Shown here: positions 18,296 to 26,927 of the stretch, in pieces
Numbering within the stretch: the first letter of the stretch is position 1
Layout: the number at the start of each line of letters is the position of its first letter
Origin: Erysipelotrichaceae bacterium
Lineage (GTDB): Bacteria; Bacillota_I; Bacilli_A; Erysipelotrichales; Erysipelotrichaceae
Assembly (NCBI GenBank): GCA_015058845.1
Contig: SVBO01000001.1
Location: 3,934-67,933, forward strand
Direction: 5' to 3'
DNA: 64,000 nucleotides
Position numbers and translations under genes: made by a program
Notes under the pieces: generated by a model
Databases searched by the model: none
The model's input: only the letters and a program-made list of their open reading frames with translations
Told to the model about the DNA's origin: nothing

Positions 18296-19135
18296 TTATA
18301 TGACTAATCCTAATTTTTCAATTTTTCGACGATGTTCAGTGCAAGTTGTCATTATATATATTCTTGTTGTTTCTATATTACTGTGACCAAGAATATCAGC
18401 TAGCTTTGCTATATCTTTTTCGATTGTATAAAATGTTCTAGCAAAGAGTTTACGTAAATTGTGAGGGAATACTTTTGATGCTGCCACATGCGCTTTTTGA
18501 TATAGTTTTTTCATCTGAGACCATATATTGCTACGATCAAGTGGGTTGCCATTACGGGTTATGAATATACATCCCTTACCTATACGTTTCTTCAATGCGA
18601 AAGTTAGTAATCTTTTTCTTAAAGAAGATGGTACTAAGATTGTACGTATTTTACCTTTTAATCTGATTTCTATTTCTCCATTTTTTATAGCTTCTACTGT
18701 GAAGTATTTCAGTTCAGATACTCTAATACCAGTACTACAGATCGTTTGAAGTATCAAGGACAACTGATCATTATTATTTGCTGCTGAAAGTAAGCGCATA
18801 TATTCTGATTTGGTAAGTTCCTTGCTTTCTGAACAATAGGTTTGCTTTTGCACTCTAAGACTTTTCACAACGCAATCAGGTAAACTAATAAATTTTAAAA
18901 ATGAATTGACAGATGCTAGCATTGAATTAATAGAACGAATTGCATACTTGTTTGCCTCCAAATGTCTCTTGTATTCAACCACAAGCACTTTAGTAATAGG
19001 TATGTTATAAGCGTATTCAATAAAAGCTTTTACATCACGTCTGTACTTTTCTATTGTCGCTTTACTTTTCTCCTCTAATGCAAGAAAAGCACAAAAATCG
19101 TTTAAATCATGGTATGTTACTGTTTTTTCTTCCAT
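18296..19135 (-). CDS. tyrosine site-specific recombinase (XerC/D-integrase family)
   Basis: Catalytic pattern GIRVSEL (R), HNLRKLF (HxxR), LGHS (H), TRIY (Y). Start set at MEEKTV (19135), preceded by AAAGGAG; the track ORF starts at 19210. Confidence 0.9.
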   Translation of the reverse strand: MEEKTVTYHDLNDFCAFLALEEKSKATIEKYRRDVKAFIEYAYNIPITKVLVVEYKRHLEANKYAIRSINSMLASVNSFLKFISLPDCVVKSLRVQKQTYCSESKELTKSEYMRLLSAANNNDQLSLILQTICSTGIRVSELKYFTVEAIKNGEIEIRLKGKIRTILVPSSLRKRLLTFALKKRIGKGCIFITRNGNPLDRSNIWSQMKKLYQKAHVAASKVFPHNLRKLFARTFYTIEKDIAKLADILGHSNIETTRIYIMTTCTEHRRKIEKLGLVI

Positions 19136-19261
19136 ATTCGAGCTCCTTTGTTCTAGTATATTATTCCCCTTTTTAAAACAAAAAAGCATTAAAATTACAA
19201 TATAACTCAAAAGTTATGAATAGCTTGTAATTTACAATGCGGAAATATCAAATATAAATGC

Positions 19262-19295
19262 AAAAAAGAGCAATCATCTGTGAATTGCTCTTTTT
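19262..19295. terminator. bidirectional terminator downstream of purC
   Basis: AAAAAAGAGCAAT-catctgtga-ATTGCTCTTTTT. Confidence 0.7.
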
Positions 19296-19379
19296 CTGTT
19301 ATTCTATGCACAATCCATTTTTATGAACTGTTTATTTCTATATATGCCACCTAATACACAGTAGCTTTCATTAATACGA

Positions 19380-20063
19380 TTAACGATTAAGAATAAGTTC
19401 AGTTAACTTAACAGGATCTACGATCACTCCATCCTTGTAAACACGCATATTACCAGAAGCGATCTCATCGATTAAAATTACTTCATCATTGTTATAACCA
19501 AACTCAAACTTGATATCCCAAAGTTGAAGACCAATAGAAGCAAGATCATCAGCCACGATCTTAGTGATCTTTAATGTTTGTTCCTTCATGCTCTTGAACA
19601 TTTCTTCACTCATAACACCTAGAGCAGCTAATCCCTCAGAAGTAACTAGAGGATCTCCCTTAGCATCATTCTTGAATGTACATTCAACATATCCACCTTC
19701 TAATGGAGTACCATCAGCAATATATTCCCCATAACGACGAACAAAGCTACCAGTAGCTACTAAACGGCAAATAACCTCTAGACCATGACCAAATACTGTA
19801 GCAGGTAATACTTCCATAGTAGCCTCTTCAATATTAGCAGAAACATAGTGAGTCTTGATACCAGCTTGCTTTAATAATTCAAAATAGTGGATAGAAGTCT
19901 TTAGATTCTCACGACCGATACCCTCGATAGTAAGACCAACAGTATTCTCACCTGGATCAAATACACCATCTTTACCAGTGCAATCATCCTTGAATTTTAG
20001 TAACACATTCCCATTCTCTAAGCTATAAACATCTTTTGTTTTTCCTTCGTAGATCTTCTTCAT
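19380..20063 (-). CDS. purC: phosphoribosylaminoimidazole-succinocarboxamide synthase
   Basis: [13 protein letters not shown].. N-terminus typical of PurC. GAGGAGG RBS before the ATG at 20063. Confidence 0.9.
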   Translation of the reverse strand: MKKIYEGKTKDVYSLENGNVLLKFKDDCTGKDGVFDPGENTVGLTIEGIGRENLKTSIHYFELLKQAGIKTHYVSANIEEATMEVLPATVFGHGLEVICRLVATGSFVRRYGEYIADGTPLEGGYVECTFKNDAKGDPLVTSEGLAALGVMSEEMFKSMKEQTLKITKIVADDLASIGLQLWDIKFEFGYNNDEVILIDEIASGNMRVYKDGVIVDPVKLTELILNR

Positions 20064-20160
20064 GAAAACTCCTCCTCGAATTTTACGTAAATAATTTAAC
20101 ACACCATCTAAAATCTTACAATACATTAAATAAAAAAACTTATTTATGCCCTAAATATCA

Positions 20161-20190
20161 TTGAAATAAATACATGAAATAAGATATAAT
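20161..20190 (+). promoter_or_regulatory. promoter TTGAAA-N18-TATAAT of the fhs-pur operon
   Basis: Near-consensus hexamers immediately upstream of the riboswitch. Confidence 0.6.
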
Positions 20191-20196
20191 ATATAC

Positions 20197-20268
20197 GGTT
20201 ATACAACTGACGGATAAGTGGAATCAACCACATGAAGTATAATCTGTAAAGAGTCGACCGTCTGGGCT
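20197..20268 (+). ncRNA. ZTP (pfl motif) riboswitch aptamer
   Basis: P1 GGTTATAC/GTATAATC. ACTGACGG..AAGTGGAATCAACCAC hairpin. 3' element CGACCGTCTGGGC matches the conserved CCGCCUGGGC. The pseudoknot pair GACGG/CCGTC covaries relative to the consensus GGCG/CGCC. Upstream of fhs and purH, the classical ZTP regulon. Confidence 0.75.
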
Positions 20269-20306
20269 AAAAAGAGGGTCAGACGTACGCTCTTTTTTGT
20301 TTTTTA
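20269..20306 (+). terminator. riboswitch expression-platform terminator
   Basis: AAAAAGAGGG-tcagacgta-CGCTCTTTTTTGTTTTTT. GGTCAGACG can alternatively pair with the CGTCTG of the aptamer 3' element. Confidence 0.65.
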
Positions 20307-20335
20307 TTTCACATAAGAAAAGGAGAAAAAGAACA

Positions 20336-22006
20336 ATGTTAACAGATGTGGAAATTGCTCAAAGCACTATTATGAATCCGATCAAGGAGATCGCAGCTAA
20401 GGTTGGACTTACAGAGGATGATCTAGAATTGTATGGTAAATACAAAGCTAAGATCTCTATGGAAACTATCCAAAACCTACAAGCTAAGAAAGATGGTAAA
20501 TTGATCTTAGTCACAGCGATCAACCCTACTAGCGCAGGAGAAGGTAAGACTACTACTATGATCGGTCTATCTCAAGGATTGAATGCACTAGGAAAGAATG
20601 CAGTTGTAGCTATGCGTGAACCAAGCTTAGGACCATGCTTTGGTGTTAAGGGTGGTGCCGCTGGAGGCGGTTATGCGCAAGTAGTACCAATGGAAGATAT
20701 CAACTTACACTTTACAGGAGATATCCATGCTATCACAGCAGCTAATAACTTAATTGCTGCTATGTTAGATAACTCTATCCATCAAGGTAATCCATTAAAT
20801 ATCGATACTCGTCAGATCGTATGGAAGAGATGTGTAGACTTAAATGACCGTGCTCTTCGTTATATTACTTGTGGTCTTGGTGGTAAGACAAATGGTGTTC
20901 CTAGAGAAGATGGTTTCGATATCACTGTAGCTAGTGAAGTTATGGCTATCTTATGTCTTGCTACTTCTTTAGAAGACTTAAAGGAAAGAGCTGGTCGTAT
21001 GATCGTGGCTTATACTTATGATGGTAAGCCTGTAACTGTAAATGATATTCAAGCTACTGGTGCTGTAACATTATTATTAAAGGATGCTATCAAGCCAAAT
21101 ATGGTACAAACATTAGACCATAATCCAGTATTAGTACATGGTGGTCCATTCGCTAATATCGCTCATGGATGTAACTCAGTAATCGCTACTAAGCTTGCAT
21201 TAAAGCTTGGGGATTATGCTATTACTGAAGCTGGTTTCGGTGCTGACCTTGGTGCTCAAAAGTTCTTAGATATCAAGTGCCGTCAAGCTGGATTAAAACC
21301 AGATGCAGTAGTGATCGTTGCTACAGTACGTGCATTAAAGATGCATGGTGGTGTTGCTAAGAAAGATCTTGGTGTTGAGAACCTAGAAGCTTTACGTGCT
21401 GGTATTGGTAACTTAGAAAAGCATATCGAGAATATTGCTAAGTATGGTCTACCAAGTGTCGTTGCTATCAATGCTTTCCCTACAGATACTCCAGCTGAAT
21501 TAGAATTATTACGTGAGATCTGTGCTAGCAAGGGTGTTGAAGTTGCTCTTAGTGAAGTTTGGGCTAAGGGTGCTGAAGGTGGTAAGGAATTAGCACAAAA
21601 GGTTATTGAAACATTAGAAACAAAGGAATCTAATTTCCATTGTTTATATGAATTAGAAAATCCTATCGCAGATAAGATCAAGACAATCGCTACTGAGATC
21701 TATGGAGCTGATGATGTGATCTTCTCTAAGAAGGTTGTAAATAAGATGAAGAAGTTAGAAGAACAAGGATTTGGGGATCTTCCTATCTGTATTGCTAAGA
21801 CTCAATACTCATTATCAGATGATCCTACATTACTTGGTCGTCCAACTGGCTTCAAAGTAAGTATCAATGATTTGATCGTTAATGCAGGAGCTGGTTTCGT
21901 AGTTGCGATCAGCGGTGACATTATGCGTATGCCAGGTCTACCAAAGGTTCCAGCTGCTGTAAATATGGATATTGATTCTAGTGGTAAGATCACTGGATTA
22001 TTCTAG
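20336..22006 (+). CDS. fhs: formate-tetrahydrofolate ligase
   Basis: MLTDVEIAQ.., [11 protein letters not shown]-loop, ~556 aa. Start at 20336 after AAAGGAG; the track extension overlaps the terminator. Confidence 0.92.
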   Translation: MLTDVEIAQSTIMNPIKEIAAKVGLTEDDLELYGKYKAKISMETIQNLQAKKDGKLILVTAINPTSAGEGKTTTMIGLSQGLNALGKNAVVAMREPSLGPCFGVKGGAAGGGYAQVVPMEDINLHFTGDIHAITAANNLIAAMLDNSIHQGNPLNIDTRQIVWKRCVDLNDRALRYITCGLGGKTNGVPREDGFDITVASEVMAILCLATSLEDLKERAGRMIVAYTYDGKPVTVNDIQATGAVTLLLKDAIKPNMVQTLDHNPVLVHGGPFANIAHGCNSVIATKLALKLGDYAITEAGFGADLGAQKFLDIKCRQAGLKPDAVVIVATVRALKMHGGVAKKDLGVENLEALRAGIGNLEKHIENIAKYGLPSVVAINAFPTDTPAELELLREICASKGVEVALSEVWAKGAEGGKELAQKVIETLETKESNFHCLYELENPIADKIKTIATEIYGADDVIFSKKVVNKMKKLEEQGFGDLPICIAKTQYSLSDDPTLLGRPTGFKVSINDLIVNAGAGFVVAISGDIMRMPGLPKVPAAVNMDIDSSGKITGLF

Positions 22007-22016
22007 GAGGGTACAA

Positions 22017-22505
22017 ATGAGAGTTGCAATTGTTATGGGTTCAACTAGTGACTTAAGCAAAGTAGAGAGCGCTGTTGACATTTTAAAAAACTATGGTGTG
22101 AAGGTAGACGTTAGATGTCTATCTGCACATCGTGCACATGAAGCTTTATCAGAGTTCATTGATGAGGCAAATCACAATGGAACAGAAGTGTTCATTGCTG
22201 CTGCAGGAATGGCTGCCGCTCTACCAGGGGTAGTTGCTTCACAAACTGTTTTACCTGTAATCGGGGTTCCTATTGCCGGTAGTCAATTGGATGGTATGGA
22301 TGCATTATTCTCTATCGTTCAAATGCCTCCAGGGATCCCTGTTGCAACTGTTTCTATAAATGGCAGTAAGAATGCTGCTTATCTAGCATTACAGATCATG
22401 TCTGTAAAGCATGAAGATATTAAAGAAAAGCTATGGCAGCATCGTGAAGAAATGAAACAAGCTGCTGAGAAAGCAAATCAAGAAATGATCGAAAAGTTCA
22501 ATTAG
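22017..22505 (+). CDS. purE: 5-(carboxyamino)imidazole ribonucleotide mutase / AIR carboxylase catalytic subunit
   Basis: MRVAIVMGSTSD, SAHR, AGMAAALPGVVA..PVIGVP motifs. AGGAGG RBS. Confidence 0.9.
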   Translation: MRVAIVMGSTSDLSKVESAVDILKNYGVKVDVRCLSAHRAHEALSEFIDEANHNGTEVFIAAAGMAAALPGVVASQTVLPVIGVPIAGSQLDGMDALFSIVQMPPGIPVATVSINGSKNAAYLALQIMSVKHEDIKEKLWQHREEMKQAAEKANQEMIEKFN

Positions 22506-22522
22506 AGAGGAGAAGAATAGTC

Positions 22523-23551
22523 ATGATGGATTACAAGAAAGCAGGAGTCGATATCGAGGCTGGTTATCAATCAGTAGAATTGATGAAGAAGTATGTTAAA
22601 GAAACTTATCGTAAGGAAGTATTAGGAGGCCTTGGTGGTTTCGCTGGTGCATTTAGTTTAAGTGCTATCAAAGATATGGAAGAACCAGTATTATTATCTG
22701 GTACTGATGGTTGTGGTACTAAAGTCAAACTAGCATTCGTTATGGATAAGCATGATACTATCGGTATCGATGCAGTAGCTATGTGTGTAAATGATATCGC
22801 TTGTTCTGGAGGAGAACCACTATTCTTCTTAGATTATATCGCATGTGGTAAGAACTATCCTGAAAAGATCGCTACGATCGTTAAGGGTGTTGCTGAGGGT
22901 TGTAAGCAATCTGAATGTGCTCTAGTAGGTGGAGAAACTGCTGAACATCCAGGTCTAATGCCTGTAGATGATTATGACTTAGCTGGTTTTGCTGTGGGTG
23001 TTGTTGATAAGAAAGATATTATCGATGGTTCTAACATCCAAGCCAATGATGTACTAGTAGGTATTGCTTCTAGTGGTGTGCATAGTAATGGATTCTCATT
23101 AGTTCGTAAGGTATTTGAAATGACTAAGGAATCTTTAGATACTTACTATGATGCTTTAGGTAGAACTCTTGGTGAGGCTTTAATTGAACCAACTCGTATT
23201 TATGTTAAGGCATTAAAGAATGTTAAGAATGCAGGTGTTACTATTAAGGGATGCAGTCATATTACTGGTGGTGGATTCTATGAGAATGTTCCACGTATGC
23301 TTCCTGAAAATAGAAGAGCTGTTATTAATAAGAATAGTTATGAAGTTCCAGCTATCTTCAAGATGATCGCTGAGAATGGTAATGTGGCTGAAGAGATGAT
23401 GTATAATACATTCAATATGGGTCTTGGTATGGTCATTGCTTTAGATCCTAAGGATGTAGATGCTGCTATGGAGGCTATTAGAGCTGCTGGCGATACTTGC
23501 TATGTAGTAGGTCATATCGTTGAGGGAGATAAGGGCGTGGATCTATGCTAA
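22523..23551 (+). CDS. purM: phosphoribosylformylglycinamidine cyclo-ligase (AIR synthetase)
   Basis: YKKAGVDIEAG.., GTDGCGTK, DYIA motifs. Confidence 0.92.
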   Translation: MMDYKKAGVDIEAGYQSVELMKKYVKETYRKEVLGGLGGFAGAFSLSAIKDMEEPVLLSGTDGCGTKVKLAFVMDKHDTIGIDAVAMCVNDIACSGGEPLFFLDYIACGKNYPEKIATIVKGVAEGCKQSECALVGGETAEHPGLMPVDDYDLAGFAVGVVDKKDIIDGSNIQANDVLVGIASSGVHSNGFSLVRKVFEMTKESLDTYYDALGRTLGEALIEPTRIYVKALKNVKNAGVTIKGCSHITGGGFYENVPRMLPENRRAVINKNSYEVPAIFKMIAENGNVAEEMMYNTFNMGLGMVIALDPKDVDAAMEAIRAAGDTCYVVGHIVEGDKGVDLC

Positions 23552-24138
23552 GATTTGCGGTATTTGTTTCTGGTGGTGGAACTAACTTACAAGCATTGAT
23601 CGATGCTGTACAAGAAGGTACTATCAATGGTGAGATCGGTCTAGTTGTTTCTAATCGTAAGGCTGCTTATGGTCTAGAAAGAGCTAGAAATGCTGGTATC
23701 AAAGCGGAATGTATCAAAGATGAAGATCTATTGATCCAAAGACTAGCAGAAGAAAAGATCGACTTCATCGTACTAGCTGGATATCTAGCTATTATTTCAG
23801 AGAGATTGATCTCTCTATATCCAAATAAGATCATGAACATCCATCCATCTTTGATCCCATCATTCTGTGGACCAGGATACTATGGCATCCATGTTCATGA
23901 GAAAGTATTAGCAAGAGGTGTTAAGGTCTCTGGTGCTACTGTTCACTTTGTAAGTGAGGTAGTAGACGGAGGACCTATCATCTTACAAAAAGCTGTAGAT
24001 ATTGTAGAGTGTGAAACAGCAGAAGAGATCCAAACAAAGATCTTACATGAGGCAGAGCATACAATTCTACCTGAGGCTGTTAGATTATATTGTAATGGTA
24101 AAGTAAAAGTCGAAAATGAAAGGGTACATATTCTATGA
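23545..24138 (+). CDS. purN: phosphoribosylglycinamide formyltransferase
   Basis: FAVFVSGGGTNLQALID, NIHPSLIP, GATVHFV motifs. Confidence 0.92.
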   Translation: MLRFAVFVSGGGTNLQALIDAVQEGTINGEIGLVVSNRKAAYGLERARNAGIKAECIKDEDLLIQRLAEEKIDFIVLAGYLAIISERLISLYPNKIMNIHPSLIPSFCGPGYYGIHVHEKVLARGVKVSGATVHFVSEVVDGGPIILQKAVDIVECETAEEIQTKILHEAEHTILPEAVRLYCNGKVKVENERVHIL

Positions 24139-25658
24139 AAAGAGCATTAGTTTCTGTAACAAATAAAGAAGGTATTGTTGAATTTTGTAAAGGTTTAGAG
24201 AACTTAGGATTCGAGATCATCTCTACTGGTGGTACATTAAAGAAATTAGTAGAGAATGGTATCAAGGCTATCGCTATCGATGATGTAACAGGATTCCCTG
24301 AGATGTTAGATGGTCGTGTTAAGACTCTTCATCCATTCGTTCATGGTGGTCTATTATTCAGACGTGATCTTGAAGAACATGTTAAGACTGTTAATGAACA
24401 TGGTATCAAGCCTATTGATCTAGTATGTGTTAATTTATATGAATTTGAAAAGGCTTTAAAGGCTAATAAGCCTATGGAAGATATGATCGAGAATATCGAT
24501 ATTGGTGGTCCTTCTATGATCAGAAGTGCTGCTAAGAACTTCAAGGATGTATTGATCGTAACTGATGTGAATGATTATGGTAAGGTATTAGAAGCTATTG
24601 CTAATAATACTGATGATTATAACTTTAGATTAAATCTTGCTTATAAGGCATACAGTACTACTGGTGCTTATGATGCAATGATCTCTCGTTACTTTGCAAG
24701 TGTTGTGGGTGATGACTTCCCTGATCTATTAAATATTTCTTTAAAGAAGGTAGAACACTTACGTTATGGTGAAAATAGTCAACAAGCTGCTAATAAGTAT
24801 GAGGATCCATTCGTACAACATTCTCTATTAGATTATGAGCAATTACACGGTAAAGAGATCTCTTTTAATAATGTAAATGACTTATATGGTGCAGTGGCTG
24901 TTGTAAGAGAATTCAAGGATCAGATCGTTACTGCTGCTATCAAGCACTCTACTCCATGTGGTGTAGCTATTGGAGAAACAGGATATGATTCTTATATGAA
25001 GGCATATAACGCTGACCCTCAATCAATCTTTGGTGGTATCGTTGCTGTTAACTATAAGGTAGATGAAGCAACTGCTATTGAAATGAATAAGATCTTCTTA
25101 GAGATCGTAGCTGCTCCAGACTTTGATGATGCTGCATTAGAAGTATTAAAACAAAAGAAGAACTTACGTATCTTGAAGTTAACTAACTTACAAGCAAATG
25201 AAGCTAAGTATGATATTAAGTACTTAGAAGGTAAGGTATTAGTACAAGAATTAAATACTAAGATGATCGATGATATGAAGGTCGTTACAAATGCTCAACC
25301 TACACAAGCTCAATTATCTGATATGGAGTTTGGTATGAAGGTTGTTAAGTATGTTAAGTCTAATGCGATCTGTATCGTTAAGAATGGTGTAACATTAGCT
25401 ATTGGTGGTGGACAAACTTCTCGTGTTTGGGCATTAGAGAATGCGATCCACAATAACCAAGATAAAGATTTCAATGGAGCTGTTCTAGCAAGTGATGCAT
25501 TCTTCCCATTCAATGACTGTGTTAAGACTGCTGCTGATGCTGGTATCAGTGCTATCGTACAACCTGGTGGTAGTGTACGTGACCAAGATTCTATTGATTT
25601 ATGTAATGAGCGAAATATCCCAATGGTATTTACTGGATATAGACATTTCAGACATTAG
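24135..25658 (+). CDS. purH: bifunctional AICAR transformylase / IMP cyclohydrolase
   Basis: MKRALVSVTNKEG..STGGT, GRVKTLHP, C-terminal RHFRH. Confidence 0.95.
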   Translation: MKRALVSVTNKEGIVEFCKGLENLGFEIISTGGTLKKLVENGIKAIAIDDVTGFPEMLDGRVKTLHPFVHGGLLFRRDLEEHVKTVNEHGIKPIDLVCVNLYEFEKALKANKPMEDMIENIDIGGPSMIRSAAKNFKDVLIVTDVNDYGKVLEAIANNTDDYNFRLNLAYKAYSTTGAYDAMISRYFASVVGDDFPDLLNISLKKVEHLRYGENSQQAANKYEDPFVQHSLLDYEQLHGKEISFNNVNDLYGAVAVVREFKDQIVTAAIKHSTPCGVAIGETGYDSYMKAYNADPQSIFGGIVAVNYKVDEATAIEMNKIFLEIVAAPDFDDAALEVLKQKKNLRILKLTNLQANEAKYDIKYLEGKVLVQELNTKMIDDMKVVTNAQPTQAQLSDMEFGMKVVKYVKSNAICIVKNGVTLAIGGGQTSRVWALENAIHNNQDKDFNGAVLASDAFFPFNDCVKTAADAGISAIVQPGGSVRDQDSIDLCNERNIPMVFTGYRHFRH

Positions 25659-25667
25659 GAGGAACAT

Positions 25668-26918
25668 ATGAAGGTATTAGTGATTGGTAGTGGTGGTCGT
25701 GAACATGCGATTGCATATGCGTTAAATAAAAGTTCAAAAGTTAGCGAGATTCATGCTATTCCAGGAAATCCTGGAATAGCTAAGATTGGTACTTGCCACA
25801 GTGGCAGTGTAGAAGATCTAGAGGGCATTTTAGCATTTGTAGAGAGTCATGCCATCGACTTCACTGTTATCGGTCCCGAGGTACCTTTATGTATGGGGTT
25901 AGCAGACTTATTGGAGTCTAAGGGACATAAAGTATTTGGGCCTCAAAAGTTTGCTGCTACTCTAGAGGGAAGCAAAGCCTTTTCTAAAGACTTCATGATC
26001 CGTCATAATATTCCTACTGCTGCTTATAAGGAAGTTAAGACATATGAGGAAGCTGTTGAGGCTCTTAAGGATTTCAATTATCCTGTGGTAGTAAAGGCTG
26101 ATGGTCTAGCTGCTGGTAAGGGTGTTGTGATCTGTGAAGATGAGAAGATGGCGAAAGATACTCTATGGGATATGATGGAGAATAAGTGCTTAAAGGATGC
26201 TGGTGATGTAGTAGTATTAGAAGAATTCTTAACTGGATTTGAATGTTCACTACTATGTTTCTGTGATGGTAATACGATCGTACCTATGGTAAGTGCGAAA
26301 GACCATAAACAGATTTATGAGAATAACCAAGGTCCTAATACTGGTGGTATGGGTACAGTATCTCCTAACCCATTCCTAGGGGATATGGATGAGGTATTCA
26401 AAACAGATATCCTAGAACCATTCATGGCAGGTCTAAAGAAAGACAACATGGATTATCGTGGAGTAGTATTCATCGGTCTTATGATCGAGAATAATAAAGC
26501 AAAAGTATTAGAGTTCAATGTACGTTTCGGAGATCCTGAAACACAATCTATCTTACTAAGATTAGACACTGATCTATTCGATATCATGTATGCAGTCGCT
26601 ACTCGTACATTAGATCAAGTAAAAGTAAACTGGAAGAAGGAACAAGTTGCTTGTGTTGTTCTAGCAAGTAATGGTTACCCAGGTTCTTATGAGAAAGGTA
26701 AAGTGATCACTGGTCTAGATCAGACAAAGGATGATATCATTATCTTCCATGCTGGTACTAAGGAAGTAGATGGTAATATCGTTACAAATGGTGGTCGTGT
26801 ATTGAATATCTGTGCTTTAGGTGAGAATTTAGATGAAGCATTAGCTAAGGTATATGAAGCTATTGAAGTAGTAGACTTTGATGGTAAGACATATAGAAGA
26901 GATATTGGTCGTAATTAG
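25668..26918 (+). CDS. purD: phosphoribosylamine-glycine ligase
   Basis: MKVLVIGSGGREHA.., ATP-grasp, GGRVL near the C-terminus. Confidence 0.95.
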   Translation: MKVLVIGSGGREHAIAYALNKSSKVSEIHAIPGNPGIAKIGTCHSGSVEDLEGILAFVESHAIDFTVIGPEVPLCMGLADLLESKGHKVFGPQKFAATLEGSKAFSKDFMIRHNIPTAAYKEVKTYEEAVEALKDFNYPVVVKADGLAAGKGVVICEDEKMAKDTLWDMMENKCLKDAGDVVVLEEFLTGFECSLLCFCDGNTIVPMVSAKDHKQIYENNQGPNTGGMGTVSPNPFLGDMDEVFKTDILEPFMAGLKKDNMDYRGVVFIGLMIENNKAKVLEFNVRFGDPETQSILLRLDTDLFDIMYAVATRTLDQVKVNWKKEQVACVVLASNGYPGSYEKGKVITGLDQTKDDIIIFHAGTKEVDGNIVTNGGRVLNICALGENLDEALAKVYEAIEVVDFDGKTYRRDIGRN

Positions 26919-26927
26919 GAGGGTAAA

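Larger units (their letters stand above)
14993..19261. mobile_element. putative horizontally acquired insert (Cys-rich protein, secreted beta-helix protein, invertible-switch candidate, tyrosine recombinase)
   Basis: Bounded by two bidirectional terminators. GATC:GATT/AATC counts are 8:32 in 15549-17783 versus 14:3 in the native sample 7201-7800 (hand counts). Contains a recombinase. No convincing att direct repeats found. Confidence 0.45.

Noticed and set aside
15051-19158. att-type direct repeats flanking the foreign block
   Set aside because: The only shared string I found is the 8-mer TCTAGTAT (near 15053 and 19151), which is compatible with chance in AT-rich DNA.
20297-20335. N-terminal extensions of track ORFs: fhs 20297, purE 21972, darA 45508, addB 47268, ABC permease 58350, recombinase 19210, ftsE 8840
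   Set aside because: The extensions run through terminators, riboswitch or T-box leaders, or upstream genes. Internal ATGs have well-spaced GGAGG-type RBSs and match family N-termini.
20064-20335. Purine (guanine/adenine) riboswitch or PurR box ahead of the pur operon
   Set aside because: No three-way-junction purine aptamer signature was seen. The sequence fits the ZTP/pfl motif instead. No clear PurBox was found on the purC side.
22017-22505. PurE 70s-loop reads AAALPG instead of AAHLPG, and no purK is in the operon
   Set aside because: The key catalytic SAHR histidine is present. I cannot assign class I versus class II by eye, and purK may be encoded elsewhere.
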